From positions 1 through 46,604 of the IMG/VR virus record IMGVR_UViG_3300022173_000070: 46,604 nt of DNA. The stretch is one strand, 5' to 3'. The translations under genes and the position numbers were made by a program. The notes under the pieces were generated by a model that saw only the letters and a list, made by a program, of their open reading frames with translations, was not told the origin of the DNA and did no database searches. Below, in pieces: positions 16,309-24,517 of this stretch (within the stretch, counting starts at the first letter, position 1; each line of letters starts with the position of its first letter). Source of the DNA: a virus (taxonomy: Duplodnaviria > Caudoviricetes).

Positions 16309-18774
16309 TCAAATTGGGTTCAACTTCTTAAAAGCTATCGCTGCTTTCTTCACTTGATCGACTGCAAAACCCGTTAGTTGCTTGTCATCCTTGTTCAACC
16401 ACGCCGGATTTCTCACCCATACATTGATAGTCCTGGCCCCTGCGCGGCACTTACGCGCTGTTAAATACCCCTTGCTGAGCATGAAACGCGCAACCGTGCG
16501 GCCGGCGAACGTGGTTGGCAAGGGCTCGCCGCGCCGGTTGGCCATGTCCTTGAAGTCCGCGATCACCACGAAATCGTGCGTGATGCTGGGCGCTGAGTCG
16601 TCGGCCAGCAGTTCCAGCAGCAACGAATCCGCGTCTGTGCGCGCAGCCTCGACCATGAACCCCTTCGCGGCCGTGTCCGGCGCACGCAAGTCTGGCTTGT
16701 ACAGCGCGCTGAATGGTCGTGCGTCCAGCCAAGCCCGCAGTTCGCCCGGTCCTGTACCTTTGAGCGTGTCATACAGCGCCTTATAGAACGGCTTCCCGCC
16801 GTGTCGGCTGGCCCAGCCGGCCGCCCACTCTTCGACGTCGTGCTTATCGGTAAAGCGCGTGGACAGCACGCAGTAACGCGAATCGCCGTCCTCCAGGGGC
16901 AAGGCGTCCCCATGGTTCGTGGTCAGAAAGAAGTTCACGCAGTTACGAATCCGGCGCATGTCTTGGCGCATCGCCCGAACCCCAACCATCGTGTTCGTGA
17001 TGTAGGGTTTCAGACGGTTAAGCGTGTCCTGCGCGTCCTGGCCGTGTTGCTTGATTTCCTCGACGCACACCAACAAATGACCCTCAAGCCAAGCGCTGTA
17101 CTGCTCTTTAATCTGGTCGTTGCCGATGGTCATCCAGTTGGCCGTGCCCAAGAGACAGCGCATCACCTCCGCAAAAAAGGTCTTGCCGTCTGTCTCGGCG
17201 CCCCGGATCAACAACGCGTATTGCAACCGCCGCTCAGGGAAACGCACCAGATGCGCCATAAAATCTAGAACGATGTCCTGCGAATCGCCGTCGCCTGGGA
17301 AAAGGTTTTCCAAGTGCATCAACAGCATGTTGACGGCGTGGCTGTCGGCCAAACTGACAGGCTCAGGCCGCAAATCCCGGTAAGAATTCGCGTAGCGCAC
17401 GCCTTCGACCTCGTAAACCGCCTGTTCACCGGGCCAATACTGCAAGCTATCGACCACGGGGATGGGTCGAATGGCCAGCGCACAGTCAGCAGCGCGCACC
17501 ACGGGCAGACCGTTTTTGTCACTGCCAAGGTCTTTAACGACCTCCCGGTCGTAGCGCCCGTTGAAGCTGGCCGGGCCTAATGTGCGGCCACGCGTGCGAG
17601 TGTTGAAGAACTTCCCTTCGCCCTCGCAGAACACCCAGTCACCCAGCCAGCCGAAGCGCTTGCGCGAACTATCGCCTTCCTCGGGCGCGACGGGTTCGAA
17701 CTCGTGCGTCAACTGGCCCCAAAGGGCTTCGGCTATGTCGGGCAGTTCACGGGCGTAGGCTTCCATCCCTGCGTCATCGAGCCCCAGGTGCAAGCGCACC
17801 AAGTCCCAAGCGACGTGCTGACCTCGCGCCGGATCATGGTCATGCTCTGAATGCAGGAAGGCCGGGAACCCGTCCGGCGTCAGATAAAGGCGAGCGCCGC
17901 CCGAAGTGGTGCCGCCCATGTAGGTAAAGCGGTCGTCTGTCTCTGTCGGCTCATACGTGCCTGGTAACAGCTCGTCGAGGCAACGGAGAATGTCGTAGGC
18001 CCGGCAGAAGGTGCCAATGATCCCGCGTTTTTCCCGTGGGTCTTCGCGGGTCATTTGCGCGACGTGTTCGTCTTCATCTGCACGGCGCGGCCACTCGGCC
18101 GAGTCGGTGTAGTCGGCGTAGTGGGCCAGCTCGTCGTCGACATCGAGGATCGCCCCGTCGTTGCTCCAGGCTTCGAACTCGCCGTCTACCGCCGCCGATG
18201 GCCAGAACATCAGACGCGAGAAATCGAACGAACACCGGTCCACCCACGTCATATCCGGGTCCAGACCTTCGGCAATACGGCGGGACAGTGCCTGATATTC
18301 CAAGTCATCCACCGGCCGGGAGAGCGTGAACACCACGCGCAGCCGCGGCTGGTCGAAACAGTGCTTGTGTGTGGTGTGCGCCGCGTATTGCAGGCCCACG
18401 TACTCGCCTTTCACAGCAGCGCGAAGTTCGGGCCAGCTCACGCCGGGTTCGTCGATGTCCAGGGTAAGCAGCGTTCGGTCTATCTGTTTGTCCTTGCGAC
18501 GTTTGAAGCCCTTAAACGAGCCAGCCACAAAGCTGCCCACGTCCTTGACGGCGACCTGCTCGTCTTTGGACATGGCCAGATATTCGGCGAATGTCTCAGG
18601 CGTGCGCTTGGGCGAAGAGAGTTTGCGCACCAGCTCAGCCCATGACGGGCTCTTGTGCGTGATGTGCGGGGATTCGCGACTGGTGGACAGCGCGATCTGG
18701 TAGCAGATGTTTGGGTTTGCGCCAGACGTGCGGCGGCTCGACAGGCGTTTGCCCGTTTCAGGTTTATCGGTCAT
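16309..18774 (-). CDS. Primase-polymerase/helicase (prim-pol N-terminus, SF3-like C-terminus)
   Basis: LTLDID and HTTHKH...PRLRVVFTLSR primase-like motifs; Walker A GAETDGKT, VCVEEI, FLTTNH. Confidence 0.88.
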   Translation of the reverse strand: MTDKPETGKRLSSRRTSGANPNICYQIALSTSRESPHITHKSPSWAELVRKLSSPKRTPETFAEYLAMSKDEQVAVKDVGSFVAGSFKGFKRRKDKQIDRTLLTLDIDEPGVSWPELRAAVKGEYVGLQYAAHTTHKHCFDQPRLRVVFTLSRPVDDLEYQALSRRIAEGLDPDMTWVDRCSFDFSRLMFWPSAAVDGEFEAWSNDGAILDVDDELAHYADYTDSAEWPRRADEDEHVAQMTREDPREKRGIIGTFCRAYDILRCLDELLPGTYEPTETDDRFTYMGGTTSGGARLYLTPDGFPAFLHSEHDHDPARGQHVAWDLVRLHLGLDDAGMEAYARELPDIAEALWGQLTHEFEPVAPEEGDSSRKRFGWLGDWVFCEGEGKFFNTRTRGRTLGPASFNGRYDREVVKDLGSDKNGLPVVRAADCALAIRPIPVVDSLQYWPGEQAVYEVEGVRYANSYRDLRPEPVSLADSHAVNMLLMHLENLFPGDGDSQDIVLDFMAHLVRFPERRLQYALLIRGAETDGKTFFAEVMRCLLGTANWMTIGNDQIKEQYSAWLEGHLLVCVEEIKQHGQDAQDTLNRLKPYITNTMVGVRAMRQDMRRIRNCVNFFLTTNHGDALPLEDGDSRYCVLSTRFTDKHDVEEWAAGWASRHGGKPFYKALYDTLKGTGPGELRAWLDARPFSALYKPDLRAPDTAAKGFMVEAARTDADSLLLELLADDSAPSITHDFVVIADFKDMANRRGEPLPTTFAGRTVARFMLSKGYLTARKCRAGARTINVWVRNPAWLNKDDKQLTGFAVDQVKKAAIAFKKLNPI

Positions 18775-18941
18775 GTCAGTGGTGCCCGAGAGGATGCGGA
18801 ACGCAGGTTAAGCGGGGCTTGAGTGGGATCGACAGCAGAGGCGCAAAGGGGTAAGCCGGCAACTGGTTCAGAGGGTCAAGGGCGCGCATGTCGGAAGCTC
18901 CGCAGGGGTCATTACGAACCACAAGCATCGCCGCAAAAGCG

Positions 18942-19136
18942 TCAGTCCGCCAGTCCGTCGTCACTCGCGGACAGACGCGCCGCATGGAAACGGGCCAGCA
19001 TGGCGTCGAGTTCAGTTGAGCATTTATGGCTTTCGGCGTGGCGATACTCGGCGTCGCGCCGTAGTTCGTGCAGGCGCATACGAGTGTTTAGGAGGCGGGC
19101 GAGTTGCGAGAGAAGTTCGTCAGGGCTGGGGGGCAT
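18942..19136 (-). CDS. Hypothetical protein (64 aa)
   Basis: MPPSPDELLSQLARLL, helical, in operon orientation; start uncertain. Confidence 0.5.
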   Translation of the reverse strand: MPPSPDELLSQLARLLNTRMRLHELRRDAEYRHAESHKCSTELDAMLARFHAARLSASDDGLAD

Positions 19137-19267
19137 AACTATTCCGTCAGTTGTAAATGTTGCCATCCTTGGCCGCGAATACCCAGTCAGACATGATGAT
19201 GGTCGTCCGCGCTCCCTCAAGCGCGGACGGTTCATCATAGCCAATGACTGGCGATCCATCCAGTAGG

Positions 19268-19900
19268 TTAGTCGTCGCGCTTCGGCCAGAAGACAGACGG
19301 GTCATATCCAGGGCGGGACTTGGCTTCTTTGTCTTCGGCTGTCTCAGGGCGCCGCGCAATCCAGCCGCTCGGCACGTCGTCCCCGGTTGTCAGCCGTAGG
19401 TATTCGGCGTGTGCCTCGGTCGGGTCGCTGTAGCAATAGCGCCGTTTGTACGGCGTGACTGCTTGCACGCCGATAAACAGCCCGGTGGTAAACGCCAGCC
19501 GGCCGAGGGCGACATAGGTGCCGTCGTCCAGCCGTCGCCAGCACTTAAAGAGGTTGTCCGGGTTTTCTAGCTCCCGTTCAATATCCTCGTCCCGGTTAGC
19601 CGCGGGTGCCTCCCGCGCCTGCACTAGCGCGAGTAAAGCATTCCAGCGCGCAATCCCGGCCAGCGTCATCGCTGACAACTGAATGACGTGTTCACCCTCT
19701 AGCGCTGGCGTGGCTTCGGGGATGGCGCGTAGCTGATCGATGTACAAAGACAGTGTTGTCTCTATCGCGTCCACCGCTTCGCTGACGGCGTGCGCCCGGT
19801 CATCGCCGTAGCTGTTCAGCTCGGGCAGGTCGCGGCACAACACCGCAACCCCCACAGCGTCCTGCTCAAAGCGAATCGCATAGGCGTAGCGGTCAGCCAT
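19268..19900 (-). CDS. HicB-like antitoxin domain fused to an unknown C-terminal domain
   Basis: YAIRFEQDAVGVAVLCRDLPELNSYGDDRAHAVSEAVDAIETTLSLYID...IP is a HicB N-domain; no HTH; no hicA nearby. Confidence 0.8.
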   Translation of the reverse strand: MADRYAYAIRFEQDAVGVAVLCRDLPELNSYGDDRAHAVSEAVDAIETTLSLYIDQLRAIPEATPALEGEHVIQLSAMTLAGIARWNALLALVQAREAPAANRDEDIERELENPDNLFKCWRRLDDGTYVALGRLAFTTGLFIGVQAVTPYKRRYCYSDPTEAHAEYLRLTTGDDVPSGWIARRPETAEDKEAKSRPGYDPSVFWPKRDD

Positions 19901-20216
19901 GGCCTAGAGCCTCCCGCAACTGCGCCTCGCCATACAAGTCGATCATGGCGCGCACAGAAGGCTTAGCAATCGTGCCGGCCTTCATGTTCAAGAACACGGC
20001 CGCAGGTGTGCGGATTGCGTCCTTGAGCGCGAGCGCTCGTTCTGGCAGATCGTGGAAACTGTGGCGACTCAGCGGCGGTTCTTCTCCTCTGAGCGCAACG
20101 GCTACCCCACGCAGAAGCTCGGCTAGCCTGTCGTTGAGCGCTGCGCATTCCTCGCACTCGGTCCGCAAGTCGTTGCGCTCTTGCTCCAGGGCGGCATAAG
20201 CGTCTCGGTCAATCAC
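19893..20216 (-). CDS. Hypothetical protein (107 aa)
   Basis: Overlap-coupled within the operon. Confidence 0.75.
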   Translation of the reverse strand: MIDRDAYAALEQERNDLRTECEECAALNDRLAELLRGVAVALRGEEPPLSRHSFHDLPERALALKDAIRTPAAVFLNMKAGTIAKPSVRAMIDLYGEAQLREALGHG

Positions 20217-20535
20217 GCGTGATCCCCTCTTCGGCTATGACCTTGAGCAGCTTATGCAGGTCGCGCACCACTTCAAGCGTCAGCTTGTCGCCCATGGTCT
20301 GCGCTTCAAAGCGCATGTGCATGGCCTGGATGGCTTGCAGCGTGAGCAAGTTCAGGTGCTTTTGCTCCCGCATATGCCGCTGGATGGTCAGGATTGGCAA
20401 GCCCAAGGCAAACACAGCAATCGCGCCAGTCAGGTCGTAGTTAATACCCACGCCCAAGGCCATCAGACCCACGCCGCCAAACTGAACAATGTCGGTCAGG
20501 GTGTCGACGGTCCAGCCAAAAGGTAGCTGCATCAA
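20209..20535 (-). CDS. Hypothetical membrane protein (108 aa)
   Basis: Two N-terminal hydrophobic segments; overlap-coupled. Confidence 0.75.
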   Translation of the reverse strand: MMQLPFGWTVDTLTDIVQFGGVGLMALGVGINYDLTGAIAVFALGLPILTIQRHMREQKHLNLLTLQAIQAMHMRFEAQTMGDKLTLEVVRDLHKLLKVIAEEGITRD

Positions 20536-21230
20536 TGTTTACTCGCAGTCTTGGCTTCTTCGGCGGTTCTGCGCAGCTCCGCGTTTTCTTCACCACGGCC
20601 CGTTAACGCCATGAGCATGCCCGCGATCTTGGGCGCCATCTGCGTTAACAGCGCGTCATAGTCCGCGCTGATCTTGTCGAAAACCGCGAAGTATATGCCG
20701 CGCTGGTCGGTAGGAAGCTCGCGCATTCGCTGGTCCAGAATCGCGTGCAGCCCTGCTCTGGCCCGCGAATGGACGGCCGCCGTCAGCCCCTCGGCTAGCT
20801 TCTCCATCAGGTCGTCGTCGGTCATTGGACCGGCGCCGTCCTTCTTGACCGGGCGCGGCTTGCCGTTGTTGTCCTTGTGGATCGTCAGCAGGCGGATGGT
20901 TTCTTGCGCGACCGGGTTGTCGGCGTTGTCCTCCATCATGCCGCGCAGTTGAAGCACGCGCTTGATAGCGGCGTCCCGGTCGCAGACCACGCCCAGCGAG
21001 CGAAAGCCCGCGAACTCGCCAGCGTTCAACACGACTTCATCCCACACGCCATGGCTGTCTAGGTAGATCACGGGCTTGTGGCCGTAGCCCAGCTTCGCGA
21101 CAACCTCTGACACCATTTCCGGCATAAATCCAGTCAGGTCCGGGGCGTCAGCCTCGGTCCCATCCCGGTATTGGACAGTTACCACATCGCCGTCAGCGTT
21201 AACGTCGATTTTTGCCAGTTTGGTAGTCAC
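20532..21230 (-). CDS. Hypothetical protein (232 aa)
   Basis: GTGA overlap with the Arc-like gene. Confidence 0.75.
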   Translation of the reverse strand: MTTKLAKIDVNADGDVVTVQYRDGTEADAPDLTGFMPEMVSEVVAKLGYGHKPVIYLDSHGVWDEVVLNAGEFAGFRSLGVVCDRDAAIKRVLQLRGMMEDNADNPVAQETIRLLTIHKDNNGKPRPVKKDGAGPMTDDDLMEKLAEGLTAAVHSRARAGLHAILDQRMRELPTDQRGIYFAVFDKISADYDALLTQMAPKIAGMLMALTGRGEENAELRRTAEEAKTASKH

Positions 21231-21472
21231 ATCAAATCCTTGAGGGTAATCCCCAGTTCAGTGGCGCGGCGCTCCAGGGCGTCGAGCAAAAGGTGCTTGC
21301 GCCGCTTGCCGTGCAGGTACTCTTCCATCGCCACCATCCATATGTCATTCATCGAACGCGCCTCCAGTCGTGCGCGTTCTGCAACCTCTTCGGGCATCCC
21401 ATGTCGCCGAAAGCGAACTACAAATTTAGGTGCATCTCGCGTATCAAATTCATCGCTATTGCGGCGGGACAT
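21227..21472 (-). CDS. Arc-family ribbon-helix-helix regulator (AmrZ-like)
   Basis: TRDAPKFVVRF...GMPEEVAERARLEARSMN parallels the AmrZ [24 protein letters not shown]...RSMN pattern. Confidence 0.85.
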   Translation of the reverse strand: MSRRNSDEFDTRDAPKFVVRFRRHGMPEEVAERARLEARSMNDIWMVAMEEYLHGKRRKHLLLDALERRATELGITLKDLM

Positions 21473-21484
21473 GACTAATCCTTG

Positions 21485-21901
21485 TTAAGCAGCGGTATCC
21501 GGGGTACGCCATTTTAGCACTTCATCTTTCCCGTACTGGCTGATCCACTCTTGAACCTCTTTTTTCAGAATGTTCGCGGTCCGTACAACGTCGCCCGTGT
21601 GCGGGTTGGTGAAGAGGTAGTACAGGTTCGGCTTGCCCGTCTTGCTGGCGTGGGCGCTCTCGCCCTTCGGCGCTTTGCTGTACGTGCGCTTCTGCCCGGC
21701 CTCGACAACGCGAAACGACGGATCAACCACTTGCGCGGCTTCGTGGATGGTCTTGTCGAATTTGGCCAGCAGCGCTTGCAACTCCTGTTCAAACTCAAGC
21801 TCGCGTTTCAGCGCCGGGTCGCCTTGCAGTTGCTGCATGCCGGCTTCCAGCTCGCGCATCTTTTTCTGCATTTCGCGCATCTGAACGAGGGGGTTAGTCA
21901 T
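21485..21901 (-). CDS. mvaT: MvaT/MvaU-family H-NS-like protein
   Basis: LKRELEFEQELQALLAKF...DP oligomerisation region and NPHTGDVVRT...EW..QYG...V..W C-domain. Confidence 0.88.
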   Translation of the reverse strand: MTNPLVQMREMQKKMRELEAGMQQLQGDPALKRELEFEQELQALLAKFDKTIHEAAQVVDPSFRVVEAGQKRTYSKAPKGESAHASKTGKPNLYYLFTNPHTGDVVRTANILKKEVQEWISQYGKDEVLKWRTPDTAA

Positions 21902-21928
21902 GTCTTCTATCCTTACGAGGGTGGTTTT

Positions 21929-22150
21929 TTATGGGTAAACGCGTTTGAAGCTGGCGGTCGTGTACCAGCAGAGCGTGGCGTGCAGGTAGATCATGTTTCC
22001 GGGGGCACGCGAGTTGTACATGCGGAAATCCACGGAGGCTTGCGGCTTGCTGATCCCGAAAAAGTCGACCAATTGCTTAGGGGCCACAGAGCCGTAATTT
22101 GCCAGAAGAAAGTCGATCATCCTTAAACGCTGTTCAATGGCGTAGGTCAC
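21929..22150 (-). CDS. Stand-alone CapW-type winged HTH (no WYL domain)
   Basis: QRLRMIDFLL..YG.V....LVDFFGISKPQASVDFRMY...APGNM.Y resembles the N-terminal wHTH of CapW-like WYL repressors. Confidence 0.75.
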   Translation of the reverse strand: MTYAIEQRLRMIDFLLANYGSVAPKQLVDFFGISKPQASVDFRMYNSRAPGNMIYLHATLCWYTTASFKRVYP

Positions 22151-23310
22151 AAGAGGGGTTCCATAGTTGTGCTTATTGGTTTGCGGAAGTTGACCGCATT
22201 AACTAAGTGGTCAGGGGTATGGTGCAGATAGTTGCGCTGGCAAACAGCGGCAGAGTTGCCCAAAACGCCCGCGATGTTGATGATGGGAACGCCTGCCCGT
22301 GCCATCAAGGTGGCAGTAGTGTGGCGCATTACGTGCGGAGTCAAATCGCGGAACTTCTCGTTGCCGGTTGCCTTGAAGGCACGACGGCAAAGCGTCTCAA
22401 ATGCCCCTGACGGTTCGGTCGCCTCGTCCAGCACGTACTGGGTTTTGCGTTCCTCATACGCTCTCTGTAAGAGAGGTATAAGCCAGTCAGCGATAGGGAC
22501 AGCCACGACCTTTTTAGAGGACGTTTGTGCGCCCTTCTTCTGCGCGGCTTTTGGGTAATAGATACGGCACGCGGTCAGGTCTACGTCGTCCCATTCCAGC
22601 CGCACAATGGCCGACTTGCGCGCTGCTGTGCCAAGAGCCAGGGCAACGAATCGCCAGATGCGGGACATGCGGCCTTCGTCGTCTTCCCAGCGCACGAACT
22701 CTAACAGCCAGTCGTGTTCGGCCTCAGTCAGCCACACGTCATTGCCTTCTGGAGCGTCGGGCATGTCGAAGTGCGGCAAGGCATTGGCTGGGATGCGCTG
22801 GTGCTTCGCGGCGTAGTTAAACGCAGTCACCAGGGCATTCATTTCGTAGCGTAGTGTCCCCTCGCCAGCCTCACGCACGGGGTTCGCCGTGGCACGTCCC
22901 GCGTAGACCGGGGCTGTCGCGGAGCGTCTAGCCTGCAGGTATTGCTGTAACACCGCGGGGTTGCGTTGCAGCGTGCTTACGGGCAAATGTCCCAAACTGG
23001 CGCGTAGCCAGCCAAGGGCCAAGTCGCGCCGCACGACGTCATTCGCTTTGGTACTGACGTGCTGTTCACTGTAGTAGTCGAACACTGCCCCTACGGTTAA
23101 CAGCTCTCTGTTTCCCTCACCAGTGAGAGAGAGACGGTATCTCTCTAACGCCTCTTTCGCCTGTCCCTCGTCCTTTGTCTTGGTAGAGAGCCGCGTGGTC
23201 GTGCCATCGCCCGGAGAATGGCAGATACGCCACACACCGCTATCTAGCTTCTGTAGCCAAGGTTGCCCGTCGCGGTTGCGTGTGCGGGGAGTCGAGGGAG
23301 ACTTTTTCAT
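22147..23310 (-). CDS. int: Tyrosine recombinase/integrase
   Basis: TAARKSAIVRLEWDDVD (catalytic R), HVMRH (HxxR), LGN, catalytic Tyr in NYLH. Confidence 0.92.
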   Translation of the reverse strand: MKKSPSTPRTRNRDGQPWLQKLDSGVWRICHSPGDGTTTRLSTKTKDEGQAKEALERYRLSLTGEGNRELLTVGAVFDYYSEQHVSTKANDVVRRDLALGWLRASLGHLPVSTLQRNPAVLQQYLQARRSATAPVYAGRATANPVREAGEGTLRYEMNALVTAFNYAAKHQRIPANALPHFDMPDAPEGNDVWLTEAEHDWLLEFVRWEDDEGRMSRIWRFVALALGTAARKSAIVRLEWDDVDLTACRIYYPKAAQKKGAQTSSKKVVAVPIADWLIPLLQRAYEERKTQYVLDEATEPSGAFETLCRRAFKATGNEKFRDLTPHVMRHTTATLMARAGVPIINIAGVLGNSAAVCQRNYLHHTPDHLVNAVNFRKPISTTMEPLL

Positions 23311-23807
23311 AGACGTGACCGCGCAGAGGCGAGTGCCTTTTCCGCCAGACTAATATGGTACGGCTGTGCTGAAACAAGTGGAGCAGGCTTTTGTATATCA
23401 GGGCGTGGGGCGTGTTTCACTGACACGGCTTCTTCGCCGTCTTCATTGGTCGCGCTTATCACAAAGCGGACTTCTAAGCCTTCGGCACGGGCAGCCTTTT
23501 CGGCTTCCATGATGGCGAGAAATCGAATGAAAGAAGAGGACGGATGCACATACTGAAAAGGTATGTCGTACAGCGAACGCCGCACAGAGAGCGTGACGGT
23601 TAATCCGGGGGTCAACTCTATTCGGGTATTGACTCGGCGGTCCAGGGGATTGTTGGTTATGGGTTTGGGAACTTCAATTCCTAGCGCCCGGCCCATTTCC
23701 TGCATCATCTGCCAATCACGCAACTTTTCAGTTTGCGCTTTAGTTAACTGCGTTGATCGTACCGCCGACTTATGTTTATAAGCGTCTGACTTCGCCGTAT
23801 TCGCCAT
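23307..23807 (-). CDS. Hypothetical protein (166 aa) in the repressor position
   Basis: First gene of the leftward operon, ATGA overlap with int; no HTH or S24 motif recognised. Confidence 0.65.
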   Translation of the reverse strand: MANTAKSDAYKHKSAVRSTQLTKAQTEKLRDWQMMQEMGRALGIEVPKPITNNPLDRRVNTRIELTPGLTVTLSVRRSLYDIPFQYVHPSSSFIRFLAIMEAEKAARAEGLEVRFVISATNEDGEEAVSVKHAPRPDIQKPAPLVSAQPYHISLAEKALASARSRL

Positions 23808-23866
23808 GATGTCGTCTCGAATTAATCCGTGGTTGTCCTACCGATCCGCCAATAGCACATGGTTAC

Positions 23867-23895
23867 AGGTTACGACTTTATGTAGTAATCTGCAA
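23867..23895 (-). promoter_or_regulatory. Leftward sigma70-like promoter with a 17-bp operator over its spacer
   Basis: Minus strand TTGCAG-17 bp-TAACCT; operator TACGAC-TTTAT-GTAGTA at 23871-23887. Confidence 0.65.
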
Positions 23896-23984
23896 CGCGA
23901 ACTATTGGAAAAACCCCTACAAATTAGGCCTGAGCATTACGCAATGCCAGGCGTTTGGCAAGTTTAGCTATAAAGAGGTGACAA

Positions 23985-24260
23985 ATGAGCAAGCAAGACT
24001 TCGACGTCGCGAAAATTGTTGACCATTTTGGCGGACGGTCCGCGCTGCACGTAAAACTGGTTGACGCTGGACACAAAATAACCGTTCGGGCCATTGATCA
24101 ATGGCTTTATCGCGGGACTATACCAAGTGGCTTTTTAGCGACTATGCTACGTCTGTCCGTTCTGTCCGGCGAACCTCTGGACCTGTCCAAGTTCACCAAG
24201 AAAGCGGACCAGCGATCACGACCTGATTCCCGAGAACCGATAGACTCCCTGCTGGATTAA
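23985..24260 (+). CDS. Cro-like HTH regulator
   Basis: IVDHFGGRSAL...ITVRAIDQW..RGTIP; first gene of the divergent rightward operon; GAGG RBS. Confidence 0.75.
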   Translation: MSKQDFDVAKIVDHFGGRSALHVKLVDAGHKITVRAIDQWLYRGTIPSGFLATMLRLSVLSGEPLDLSKFTKKADQRSRPDSREPIDSLLD

Positions 24261-24262
24261 CG

Positions 24263-24514
24263 ATGACCATCACCACTGACGTAGCTGAGCTGTCCGACGA
24301 TCAAGCCATGCTTCTGCAATGGGTGAACACCGCCCTGGAAACTGGCGTTTATCGCGAATGGCCAAAAATGGCTGAGCTGATGGCGATCACGGTCTACACG
24401 TTGATCCAAGCCATACCGCCCGGCGACTTGCGCAGACACCTGGATGTCCTCCTTACTGAAATGAGGATCAACATTCGGGAAATGCGGGATTTGCTGGAGC
24501 GGCGGACGCACTGA
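24263..24514 (+). CDS. Hypothetical protein (83 aa)
   Basis: Tightly packed in the operon. Confidence 0.7.
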   Translation: MTITTDVAELSDDQAMLLQWVNTALETGVYREWPKMAELMAITVYTLIQAIPPGDLRRHLDVLLTEMRINIREMRDLLERRTH

Positions 24515-24517
24515 CCC

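Noticed and set aside
18776-18985. Small ORF upstream of the primase
   Set aside because: No clear RBS or start; cannot be distinguished from a leader region
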